From the IMG/VR virus record IMGVR_UViG_2537561944_000042: a stretch of DNA of 57,168 nucleotides, one strand, 5' to 3'. Below the pieces are notes generated by a model. The model was not told the origin of the DNA, ran no database searches, and saw nothing but the letters and a program-made list of their open reading frames with translations. Shown here in pieces: positions 1 to 8,941 of this stretch. The translations under genes and the position numbers were made by a program. This stretch comes from a virus (Duplodnaviria > Heunggongvirae > Uroviricota > Caudoviricetes). Within the stretch, counting starts at the first letter, position 1; every line of letters begins with the position of its first letter.

Positions 1-101
1 CGTATTGCGCTGATCTTTGAATGACTTCAGGTAAGCATTATAGTCCGTGCGCAGCCCCAGCTTTTTAAGCTCAACGCGGGTCTGGCCTAATGTCAGCCTC
101 T

Positions 102-308
102 CTAATTTTTCTTCATCAAGGTTGTATCCCGGAAAAGAAACAAGAATTTTTTTAGGCCAAACTCTAGCAACTGTGCCTTGCCCATAAACAGACCGAACCG
201 TTCGATGAAGGGTTTACCCTCGTATATTTTGAGCCCAGCAAAAATCTTATCCCGAAGTTCCTGGCCACCCAGCGTATCAATATCCATGCGCGTTTCCTTT
301 TTAGACAT
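102..308 (-). CDS. hypothetical protein fragment; reading frame changes toward window start, probably disrupted or partial
   Basis: 68-aa ORF in track; positions 1..100 stay open in a different minus-strand frame; no recognisable motif. Confidence 0.2.
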   Translation of the reverse strand: MSKKETRMDIDTLGGQELRDKIFAGLKIYEGKPFIERFGLFMGKAQLLEFGLKKFLFLFRDTTLMKKN

Positions 309-404
309 TATTGGTAATGAAGTAACTTATTGAAGTTAGATGCACACATTATGTAAAGCTATTGGTAGTTGTGGACAGAAAACTCTTCTGTCCAGGTACA
401 GGGA

Positions 405-891
405 TTAATATGTAGTGAGGGGGGAACCGTACTCATCTATCACCCAGGAGGCCACAACAAGGACTGATTGATCGTCGTCGTCAACAAAAATGAACCCATG
501 CTTTTCATCTGCGCCATTCGTGAAGACTCGGGGATCATTTTTAAGTGAAACCCAGGAGGCGGTGTCTGGATCATGCCCTTTGTTACGGATGTTTCGAAGT
601 GCCGTTCTGGCAGATTCCCACTGTCTCATGATGTGTTGATTTGATTCCACCTCATGCAACAAATACTGCTTCAAACGAGAAATGGAAAGGAGCTGATTTG
701 GAGGTCTTCTGTAGACGTACATCATGTTCCCGTATCTCTTTGTTATCTGGCAAAGGTGCCAGTTTCGATATTGGGAAGGACCGGAAGGTTTTCAATAGCC
801 GATAGACATAAATTGCAGAACTTCCAGGCGGAACGTGAACGGAGCGGGTAATCAATGCCCGCTCCGTACCAGGAGCGTAAGTTGCTAACAA
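405..891 (-). pseudogene. hypothetical gene split over two overlapping frames (652..891 and 405..725), probable frameshift
   Basis: Two minus-strand ORFs overlap at ~705..725 and read as one protein if a 1-nt shift is allowed; no family recognised. Confidence 0.25.
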
Positions 892-1067
892 CAGTCTGAG
901 TTGATCAGCGGGGAGCAGGTCACTGGATTAGTTGAAAACTGGAACCTATTAGTTCCAGCCATTAATTAATAGCTTTCGAATTATTCTTGAAAAACAATCA
1001 AAAATAGTTGCCAAAACCAAATCAATTAGGACATATTAAACCCATGGTTTTTATTTGGAATTAGAGA

Positions 1068-1886
1068 ATGGAAATTCATGTTCCCATGGAAATGGTAGTA
1101 AGTGATGGAGAAGAAAGATTCACAGAGCTTGATTTTTACTATGGGTCAAAAGCACTTGAAGGCACGTCAGAGATAGTTACAGTCCTCACTAATACGATTC
1201 TAAATCGCGAAGTAGTTACTAAAATCCCATCAATCGAAGGCATAACCGCATCTTTTCGTACCAGTTATGAAGGGTCGTTTAGACAACGTTTCATGCTCAA
1301 GATCACAGGTGAGGAACAACGTAGAAACTATGGCGCAATCGGAGAGGGGGCATTTCTAGATGTTATGTCTTATTATCTTACAAGACCATTATTAACACCT
1401 TATAATTTCACATATAAAAGGGCTGCTAGAATTGTTAAAGAACTTGAGTCAGATTATAGTTCATTAATGAAGAGGCTTTATGGCCCACTATTGAAGCTTC
1501 ATAAGCCCATAGAAGAACAAAATTATACTGTTGAGCTGAAACGGAGAAGGACAAATCTTGCTCGGTATGATCACACGACCCTTGAAAATCTAATTGTTGA
1601 ACGTGCCGATGATGAAAGGATCATTATTGAAGCTTCTATTACAAGATTTAATCGGCTAACGGGGACGGGAAGGCTCATTCTTGAGGAAGATTCTGAGTCT
1701 GTAAGTTTTGAACCTTCATATCTTTGGAGAGATTTTCCAGCAGATCAAAAACGCTGGCTATCTAGAAACTTAGACGTCAACACAGATAATGGTGATTTTA
1801 CTCGTGTACGGCTAGAGGTGACATCAATCAGAAACTTTCTTGGTGTCATTAAAAAATATAGTCTTCACCGAGTTATAACGGATTGA
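1068..1886 (+). CDS. hypothetical soluble protein, first gene of AT-rich two-gene cassette (candidate defence/abortive-infection module)
   Basis: 272-aa ORF; AT-rich codon usage unlike flanking DNA; stop is 1 nt before the start of the next ORF; no motif recognised. Confidence 0.6.
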   Translation: MEIHVPMEMVVSDGEERFTELDFYYGSKALEGTSEIVTVLTNTILNREVVTKIPSIEGITASFRTSYEGSFRQRFMLKITGEEQRRNYGAIGEGAFLDVMSYYLTRPLLTPYNFTYKRAARIVKELESDYSSLMKRLYGPLLKLHKPIEEQNYTVELKRRRTNLARYDHTTLENLIVERADDERIIIEASITRFNRLTGTGRLILEEDSESVSFEPSYLWRDFPADQKRWLSRNLDVNTDNGDFTRVRLEVTSIRNFLGVIKKYSLHRVITD

Positions 1887-1887
1887 T

Positions 1888-2622
1888 ATGATAAAGTATG
1901 TTGCCTTTTTAGTTATATCAGTTACATGGTTGATTTATTTCTTCAATTTCGATCCGTTAAATGGTTTTCCAATTGATAAGTCTGAATGGGGAACATTTGG
2001 TGATTTCGTTGGCGGCGTAACCAACCCCATTTTGACATTTTTTACAATGATTATGTTAATTAAATCAATAAACTTACAAAAAGAGGCTAACATCAGCATT
2101 ATTAAACAAAATTTGCACATGCATGAGGTTTCAGAAAGACAAAAAGAAATTGATGACTTGCGCTCTTTTGAATCATCGTTTTATAGCCTCGCTGAAGTAT
2201 CTAGAAGAGAGTTTGATGCCCTCAGAATAACTGGTAGAAATAAAAAAAACTACTCAGCCTCAGATGCGGTAACCTATTTAGAGAGTTACATGATAAACTC
2301 ATGTAAGTCAAAAAATGCAGAAGAATTATGCAAACAATTTTCTATTTTTGATAATGAATCCTCTATGGCTCTCTTTTCTGCGGTTCGTAGTTTTTATATT
2401 CTATTTAAATTCACAAATGAATCTTGCCCAGAAAACCACAAAGAAAGATATTACGAAATAGCAAATTATACTATGCCTGTGAAATTTCTTCATTTGGTAT
2501 GTTTGGCATACGTATTTAGTGATTGGAAAATAATAAAAGACTTTGAAAGTTTCGGTTTTTTCAATCGCAAAGGATTAGATAAATACATCATGGATTTTAT
2601 GGATGTAAAGAACTTTTATTAG
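1888..2622 (+). CDS. predicted membrane protein with two N-terminal TM helices and WGxFGDFxGG motif; resembles putative phage abortive-infection membrane proteins
   Basis: 244-aa ORF; hydrophobic stretches FLVISVTWLIYFF and ILTFFTMIMLI; tightly coupled to upstream ORF; AT-rich. Confidence 0.6.
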   Translation: MIKYVAFLVISVTWLIYFFNFDPLNGFPIDKSEWGTFGDFVGGVTNPILTFFTMIMLIKSINLQKEANISIIKQNLHMHEVSERQKEIDDLRSFESSFYSLAEVSRREFDALRITGRNKKNYSASDAVTYLESYMINSCKSKNAEELCKQFSIFDNESSMALFSAVRSFYILFKFTNESCPENHKERYYEIANYTMPVKFLHLVCLAYVFSDWKIIKDFESFGFFNRKGLDKYIMDFMDVKNFY

Positions 2623-3025
2623 TTATCAAGATAATTTGACCCTTTGCTAGCCGTTCCCCTATCATCATGATAGTAAGCCGTATGTTTAGATGGTTTATGT
2701 CTGAGATTTTGAGTATCAAATCTTTGGGTCTCGTAAAAAGGTTTGAATCGCTAAGGATAATCTGGACGTCTCCAGGGTCGTTAATTAGACTGACCCCACC
2801 CCGATAGACGATCACTCCCCTATAGTAATAAGCACCATTTCGGACTTCCGCTTCTCGCTCACAACGGACCTTCAGCTCAGCCGCTCCGGCCGCTTCATGC
2901 AATGAATGTACGCAGCCAGTCAGAATATTAAGGTGCGGATTTCAGTTCACTTGTCAGCCCTGTGATGCAACAAGTTGCGGCTCCGGTTCGTGGGAGAGAT
3001 GAAACGACGGTAGCTGAAGTTACTG

Positions 3026-4164
3026 GTAAGCGTGCAGCAAGAACCGTATTGACGGGGATGTGTTATTCAGTCGGCAGTGCTACGCGCCAGGGGAGCAGTT
3101 CGCCGACCCGGTTTATCGGCCAGTCGGCTATGACGTCAAGGACATAGCGGAGGTAGCTTTCTGGCTCCACTCCGTTCAGTTTGCACGTCCCGATCAGGCT
3201 GTACAGCAGCGCTCCCCGCTCTCCTCCATGATCCGAACCGAAGAACAGGTAGTTTTTGCGGCCCAGACTGACCATCCGCAACGCATTTTCAGCGATGTTA
3301 TTGTCCGCCTCAGCCCAGCCATCATCTGCATAGTACGTCAGCGCCGGCCACTGGTTCAGGGCGTATGCGAACGCTTTCGCCAGTTCTGAGTGTCGCGACA
3401 GGGTTTTCATCTTTTCACGCAGCCAGCTTTCCAGGGATTTCAGCAGCGGTTTCGTTTTCAACTGACGTTCGGCAAGGCGCTGCTCCGCCGTCATTCCCCT
3501 TATCTCTGCCTCGATGGCGTACAGTTCGCCGATCCGTTTCAGCGCTTCCTCCGTCAGGGCTGACGGGGTGCGAACGTGCACATCGTGGATTTTACGGCGG
3601 GCGTGAGCCCAACAGGCGGCTTCCGTTATCCGGCCATCCCGGTACAGCTCGTTGAACCCGGCGTATGCATCCGCCTGCAGTACACCACTGAACCCCGCAA
3701 GATGGGTCTGCGGATGGATGCCTTTTCTGTCCGGGCTGTAAGCGAACAACACCGCCGGCGCCAGCGTTGACCCGGCGTTACGGTCGTCACGAACGTAGGT
3801 CCATAACCGCCCGGTCTTCGTTTTCTTATTGCCTGGCAACAGCACCGGGACAGGCGTGTCATCAGCATGGAGCTTACCGTCAGTCAGCACATAGTCCTGA
3901 AGCGCTTCTTCCAGCGGTGACAGTAGCCGGCAGCATGCATCCACCCAGCCCGACAGCAGTGAACGACTCAGCTCCACGCCCTGGCGGCCGTACATTTCAG
4001 ACTGGCGGTACAGCGGGGTGTGCTCTGCATACTTTGAGATCAGCACGCGGGCCAGCAGCCCCGGTCCTGCGATACCCCGCTCGATGGGCCGTGAAGGCGC
4101 GGGGGCCTGCACGATGGCATCGCACTGAGTACAGGCATGCTTTTCACGTACAGTCCGGATAACC
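3026..4164 (-). mobile_element. 5'-truncated IS66-family element remnant (3' part of tnpC plus right terminus), cut by the adjacent IS66 copy
   Basis: Terminus GTAAGCGTGCAGCAAGAACCGTATTGA at 3026 matches the terminus of the full copy at 4165; protein homology to TnpC runs up to ~4160. Confidence 0.6.
3063..4112 (-). pseudogene. IS66-family transposase TnpC, N-terminally truncated (C-terminal ~2/3 only)
   Basis: 349-aa ORF aligns to residues ~175-523 of the neighbouring full-length TnpC ([26 protein letters not shown] blocks); track start is GTG. Confidence 0.75.
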
Positions 4165-4194
4165 GTAAGCGACTCGTCAGAACCGTATTGATAT

Positions 4195-5766
4195 TTACTG
4201 AGAGCTCAGATCAACTTTCCAGGGCAACAGATCGCGTACCCGGTTTGCCGGCCAGTCCTGGATATGTTCAATGACGTAACGCAGCCACTTTTCTGGCTCC
4301 ACATTGTTCAGACGGCATGTGCCGATCAGCGAGTACAACACCGCCGCATGTTCACCACCGCTGTCGGAACCCGCGAACATCCAGTTTTTCCGGCCTACGG
4401 CCACTCCCCGTAAGGCGTTCTCTGCGATGTTGTTGTCGATTTCCACCCAGCCATTACTGCAGTACACGTTCAGTGCATCCCACTGTTTCAGCAGGTATGC
4501 GAACGCTTTTGCCGTATCTGAGTGACGCGACAGTGTTTTCATCTGTTGCTGTATCCAGTCATACAGTGACTGCATCAGTGGCGCGGCTCTGGCTTTTCTT
4601 GCCGCCAGACGCTGTTCTGCTGAACAGCCCCGGACCTCTGCCTCGATGGCATACAGTTCACCGATACGCTGCAGGGCTTCCGTGGTGATGTAGGTGGGCG
4701 CTCTTGCATGCACATCGTGGATTTTTCTCCGGGCATGAGCCATACACGCGGCTTCCGTTATTCTGCCGGATTCGTATAACGCCCGGTAACCACCGTAAGC
4801 ATCGGCCTGAAGCACACCGCTGTAACCGGCCAGGTGATTTTGTGGATGGATACCTTTCCGGTCCGGACTGTACGCGAACCAGACCGCCGGGGGCATCTGT
4901 GAACCGGCGTTACGGTCATCACGGACGTAGACCCACAGCCGGGCTGTCCGGGTTTTACCGCTGCCCGGCTCCTGGACCGGGACGGGGATATCATCAGCAT
5001 GGACTTTACCGGGCATCAGCACATACTGGCGCAGGACGTCATACAGCGGCTCCAGCAGTTCAGCAACAGCACCTGTCCAGCGCCCCAGTGTGGCACGGCT
5101 CAGCTCCACTCCCTGACGACGGTATATTTCTGACTGGCGGTATAACGGCAGATGGTCTGCATATTTCCCGGTGACAACATGGGCCAGAAGCCCCGCTCCG
5201 GCATAACTGCGTGCAATGGGTTTTGAAGGTACTGGTGCCTGCACGATATGGTCGCACCGGCAACAGGCCTGTTTCGGACGTTGTGTTTCGATAACCTTAA
5301 AGGCGCTGCTGATAAGCTCCAGTTGCTCTGACACATCACATCCCAGAGAACTGAGTTCACCACCACAGGCAGGACAGCATTCCTCTTCCGGCCGGATAAC
5401 CCGGGTTTCACGGGGAAGTGAGGCCGGTAACGGTTTACGGGCTGAAGACTGGCGCAGGGCGGATGGCAGTACCGGGTCATATTGCTCACCCAGCGTTTCC
5501 GCCATTTCTTCCTGAAGTGCGCTGATTCGCTCCTGTGCTTCCTGTATCTGCCGTTCGGTTTTTGCACGAAGTTTTTCTGAGCTTTTACCGAACTGCATAC
5601 GTTGCAGTTTCGCAACCAGCGCCTTCAGCCGGTTGATTTCGGAAGCATAAGCCGCCACCCGCTGTGAGAGCAGGCGGTTGTATTCAGCCATCTGGCGGAT
5701 GGTGTCCTGTTGCGTCTGCAACAGTGCCCGCAGGCGGGCGTTCTCATGAGCAAGTGAGGTGTCCAT
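4195..5766 (-). CDS. tnpC: IS66-family transposase TnpC (orf3)
   Basis: 523-aa ORF with N-terminal coiled coil, Cys-rich zinc-ribbon (CPACGG...CRCDH) and conserved IS66 transposase core. Confidence 0.9.
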   Translation of the reverse strand: MDTSLAHENARLRALLQTQQDTIRQMAEYNRLLSQRVAAYASEINRLKALVAKLQRMQFGKSSEKLRAKTERQIQEAQERISALQEEMAETLGEQYDPVLPSALRQSSARKPLPASLPRETRVIRPEEECCPACGGELSSLGCDVSEQLELISSAFKVIETQRPKQACCRCDHIVQAPVPSKPIARSYAGAGLLAHVVTGKYADHLPLYRQSEIYRRQGVELSRATLGRWTGAVAELLEPLYDVLRQYVLMPGKVHADDIPVPVQEPGSGKTRTARLWVYVRDDRNAGSQMPPAVWFAYSPDRKGIHPQNHLAGYSGVLQADAYGGYRALYESGRITEAACMAHARRKIHDVHARAPTYITTEALQRIGELYAIEAEVRGCSAEQRLAARKARAAPLMQSLYDWIQQQMKTLSRHSDTAKAFAYLLKQWDALNVYCSNGWVEIDNNIAENALRGVAVGRKNWMFAGSDSGGEHAAVLYSLIGTCRLNNVEPEKWLRYVIEHIQDWPANRVRDLLPWKVDLSSQ

Positions 5767-5785
5767 ATCCTCACTTTACAACGGG

Positions 5786-6133
5786 TTATATGCGGATTCC
5801 AGCGCGTTCCGTTCGTTTCGGGTGCTTCCAGTTGATACCTTCAAGAAGCATGGATAACTGAGCCGGAGTAAGGTGCACCTTGCCGTCACGGGTGACTGGC
5901 CAGACGAAGCGGCCCCGCTCCAGGCGTTTGGTGAAGAGGCACAGTCCGTCACTGTCAGCCCACAACACTTTTATCTGGTCACCCCGGCGTCCGCGGAAGA
6001 TGAACAGGTGTCCGGAGAACGGGTCATCCTTCAGGACGTTCTGAACTTTTGATGCCAGGCCGTTAAAGCCATTTCGCATATCGGTGATACCTGCAACCAG
6101 CCAGATACGCGAACCTGCAGGGAGAGATATCAT
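5786..6133 (-). CDS. tnpB: IS66-family accessory protein TnpB (orf2)
   Basis: 115-aa ORF directly upstream of tnpC; sequence typical of IS66 Orf2 (recalled from memory). Confidence 0.85.
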   Translation of the reverse strand: MISLPAGSRIWLVAGITDMRNGFNGLASKVQNVLKDDPFSGHLFIFRGRRGDQIKVLWADSDGLCLFTKRLERGRFVWPVTRDGKVHLTPAQLSMLLEGINWKHPKRTERAGIRI

Positions 6134-6468
6134 CAGTGGCTGCTCCCTTTTATTTCGCGGATAAGTGTCTGTAATAACGCCGGCGTCAGTTTACCTTTAA
6201 GCCTGAGAGTTCCGGCCGGCAGAACCAGCTCACAACACAGACTGTCGGACGGTGTATTTATCTGCTCTGGTTCCTGTGCGGGGGCCGGGATTTTATTATC
6301 CGGCTCCGGCGTTAACGTCACGGGAAGCAGTGCCGGCATATTTTTTCCGGAAGGCAGCAGGCCACCTTTCCGGTATTGATGGCGCCAGTTGAAGAGCAGG
6401 TTATCGTTGATTCCGTTTTCCCGGGCGATCTGCGCCACACAGGCTCCGGGCTGCAGTGACTGCTCCAC
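6133..6468 (-). CDS. tnpA: IS66-family accessory protein TnpA (orf1)
   Basis: 111-aa ORF overlapping tnpB start, typical IS66 orf1 position; HTH-like N-terminus. Confidence 0.8.
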   Translation of the reverse strand: MEQSLQPGACVAQIARENGINDNLLFNWRHQYRKGGLLPSGKNMPALLPVTLTPEPDNKIPAPAQEPEQINTPSDSLCCELVLPAGTLRLKGKLTPALLQTLIREIKGSSH

Positions 6469-6560
6469 TAAGGCGATTTTAAACTCATAAGGGAAGTTGG
6501 GCCGCCGGGGACGTTTTTTACCACGGGGGCTTCGGATATAACGGTGCTTTCAGGACGTAC

Positions 6561-6809
6561 GACTGGTACCGTGGAAAATTGTCCGTAAAGGCAGGCATCA
6601 AGTTCCTGCTCCGACATGCCTGCGGGCAAAGGCCACGAAAGGCCAGCTCTCCGAAAGCGCACGAACATACTACAAACTGTTGATTTTGGTACACCCAGGC
6701 GACGCCCGGCCACAACCCGGGGTAAATGTTCTTCAAAGTGAAGACGTAAAGCTTCAGTGATCCAGGTCCGGTGTTTCATACGATAGTGTCCATTAAAAAT
6801 GATGGACAT
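6561..6809 (-). pseudogene. N-terminal helix-turn-helix fragment of an unrelated transposase, truncated by the IS66 insertion
   Basis: Track ORF 6468..6809 (113 aa) starts outside IS66 and runs into its end; HTH-like RRLGVPKSTVCSMFVRFRRAG; no catalytic domain. Confidence 0.4.
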
Positions 6810-7281
6810 TATTTTTGTAGAGCCGGAGGAAACAGACCAGACGGTTTAAATGAGCCGGTTACGACTTACTTGGCTTTAGTCCCGGAGTGTTGCCAGGAGT
6901 ATCTTTATTATCTCGTCGGCGTTGATCTGGTTTTCCTGTCGATTTAGCAATTGGTTTTGGACCAGGTTTAAGACCCATGATAGTTATCCTTTTGAGATGT
7001 AAGAGGGAAGCCCTCAACATTGGTATATTGGATACTGAGAAATTTTTCAATGGGAGTGATAAACGGCCGAATGATTAACTCGATATTGTGATCAACGTCT
7101 GTTTTTTGCACACTGTAGACTGACTCTTGGAGCAGAAGGTTGCTCTGAGCGAGGAATGGACAGTTACACTCATCACCAACGCCAATAGCCTCATTACGCG
7201 TATAAAGCTGTATTAATCATTGGGGAGCAGTTTAATGCGGGATTTTCGACTTATGGACTTGATTCAGGTGTCAAAATTAAA

Positions 7282-8298
7282 ATGAGCAGTGTAAGGACAG
7301 ACAAGTTCATTAGGTATGGTTTTGCGGTTGTGGCGATAGTTGCCATACTCATTACTACTATCACAACCCCCAATCCCACACCTTATCAATATATAGTTTA
7401 CCGAATAGTTCTGGTTCTGGCTGCCGGATGTATTGGTGCAGTTCTGCCTGGTTTCCTTGAAGTAAAATTTAATGGGTGGTTAAGAGCATCTGGCGCAGTG
7501 GCGATCTTCGCTATAGTGTTTTTCATAAGCCCAGATTTGCTTCAACAAAATCCTGAATCTGCAAGTAAACCTGTACCGCCTACTGTGATTGATGCATATG
7601 CCGTTAATAGTTCCAATCGCGACAGATACCTCGAATTATTTCGAACAGGACAGTTCGGTCAGCGGGACAAGCTGCGCATCGGTTGTGTTGAGTGGAGTGA
7701 ATCATCGTGCGTGGCTGCTGGTAATTTTTTGCGATTGTTAAGCGAAGCTGGCTGGGAAATCGATTCTGACGCTGTATTCAGAATGCAACCATCCGTGCCA
7801 GTTGAGGGGGTATCGATTGTAAGCCGTGGCGATGATCTGGTCGGTTTGCCAAAAGTACCACCCCACATGGGCCGTTGGAGTCGATCAGACATTAGTTATG
7901 AAATTTTGACAGCGGCATTTAAATTGATGGGAGTTCCGGTTTATTTTTCCAGTGACCCGACATTACAACCAGGTACTACCGGAGTGTACTTTGGACCGAA
8001 ACCGAAACTGGATGCACCAGTCATGCAAAAAGATGAGAATGTGCGACGTGAGCTTCTCCGCTACGTCGGTTTGGGAATGACTATTCAGCGAGCCTGCTCT
8101 CAGCAGCCCGTCGAACTTTGTGGGGGTGAAATCTTTTCCTGGGAAACGTCGGTATCTTCGTTCCTAAGGCAGCAGAGATTCAACTCCGATGCCGTAAACA
8201 GATGGCTTGCCTTGCCGCAGGTTAATGCGGCTTCGGCAACTGCAGACATGAAAATAAAGCTAGATTTGTTAATGTCATTTGTTCTGGGCATCGAGTAA
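7282..8298 (+). CDS. hypothetical membrane protein (three N-terminal TM helices, ~240-aa soluble C-terminal domain)
   Basis: 338-aa ORF; hydrophobic segments at residues ~13-30, ~35-60, ~68-85; no catalytic motif recognised. Confidence 0.55.
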   Translation: MSSVRTDKFIRYGFAVVAIVAILITTITTPNPTPYQYIVYRIVLVLAAGCIGAVLPGFLEVKFNGWLRASGAVAIFAIVFFISPDLLQQNPESASKPVPPTVIDAYAVNSSNRDRYLELFRTGQFGQRDKLRIGCVEWSESSCVAAGNFLRLLSEAGWEIDSDAVFRMQPSVPVEGVSIVSRGDDLVGLPKVPPHMGRWSRSDISYEILTAAFKLMGVPVYFSSDPTLQPGTTGVYFGPKPKLDAPVMQKDENVRRELLRYVGLGMTIQRACSQQPVELCGGEIFSWETSVSSFLRQQRFNSDAVNRWLALPQVNAASATADMKIKLDLLMSFVLGIE

Positions 8299-8446
8299 CT
8301 ATACCTCTTGCGAGGATGATTGAGCGTCTAATGGACCAGCTTAGCCGTTAGCGCTATTTGTTTACGTAAGCCTGTGGAATCCAACTAGTGCTTCTACGAT
8401 GCGTTGTTTGGTGAAAAAAAAGTGTTGAAGCACTGGTTTTAGACAA

Positions 8447-8727
8447 CTAAAGCCACGATTTGCTCATGCGTCGAAAATGTAGTCGTCTACTGTGTAGCAC
8501 GGAGGCGATATTCGTACGCTTACACTTGCCGATAGGCCACTGGGGAGTGTTCTTGGCACTAAGCTGCCAGGCCCGAAGGTCTGCTATGAGCGAGGGGCTG
8601 ACATTCCTATTGGCATTCGGTGTGAGTTATCGGGGGCGGTCATGCGGCATACTTCCGATACAGGCGTTTCCAGCTCTGCCTGTTTCAGGGTTATATTAAT
8701 CTGCTTTAGAATTAATCGTGGCTTTAG
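8447..8727. repeat. perfect 14-bp inverted repeat pair (CTAAAGCCACGATT / AATCGTGGCTTTAG) flanking a ~250-bp GC-rich segment
   Basis: Exact reverse-complement 14-mers at 8447..8460 and 8714..8727. Confidence 0.55.
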
Positions 8728-8941
8728 CATCTGCACATCGTGCTGGAGAAACCTGAGTGAACTAAATCATATTCCCTTTCTTCAGCTAATCAATTGATAG
8801 TTATGCGGAAAAAGTTACTTTGCTTGTCAATAATCCATTTCACATCCGTTAATCCAATGCTATGCGTCTTCGCATTAATCTGGAAAGGTAGTAAGTGAAA
8901 TAAAAACTTAGCCAATGACTAATATCTGAGGATACTTTGTC

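Larger units (their letters stand above)
4165..6560 (-). mobile_element. IS66-family insertion sequence (tnpA-tnpB-tnpC); left boundary approximate
   Basis: Three co-oriented ORFs with typical IS66 organisation; right terminus GTAAGCGACTCGTCAGAACCGTATT at 4165; imperfect matching terminus near 6535..6560. Confidence 0.7.

Noticed and set aside
2597-2902. 101-aa minus-strand ORF overlapping the 3' end of the membrane protein gene
   Set aside because: Overlaps a better-supported gene in antisense, runs into the IS66 terminus region and has no motif; likely spurious.
4304-5615. Several 60-170-aa ORFs on both strands inside IS66 tnpC
   Set aside because: All lie within the well-supported tnpC reading frame or its antisense; typical GC-rich shadow ORFs.
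8460-8699. 79-aa ORF inside the inverted-repeat-bounded GC-rich segment
   Set aside because: No RBS, Cys/Arg-rich low-complexity translation, and it exactly fills a repeat-bounded non-coding-looking segment; more likely non-coding.
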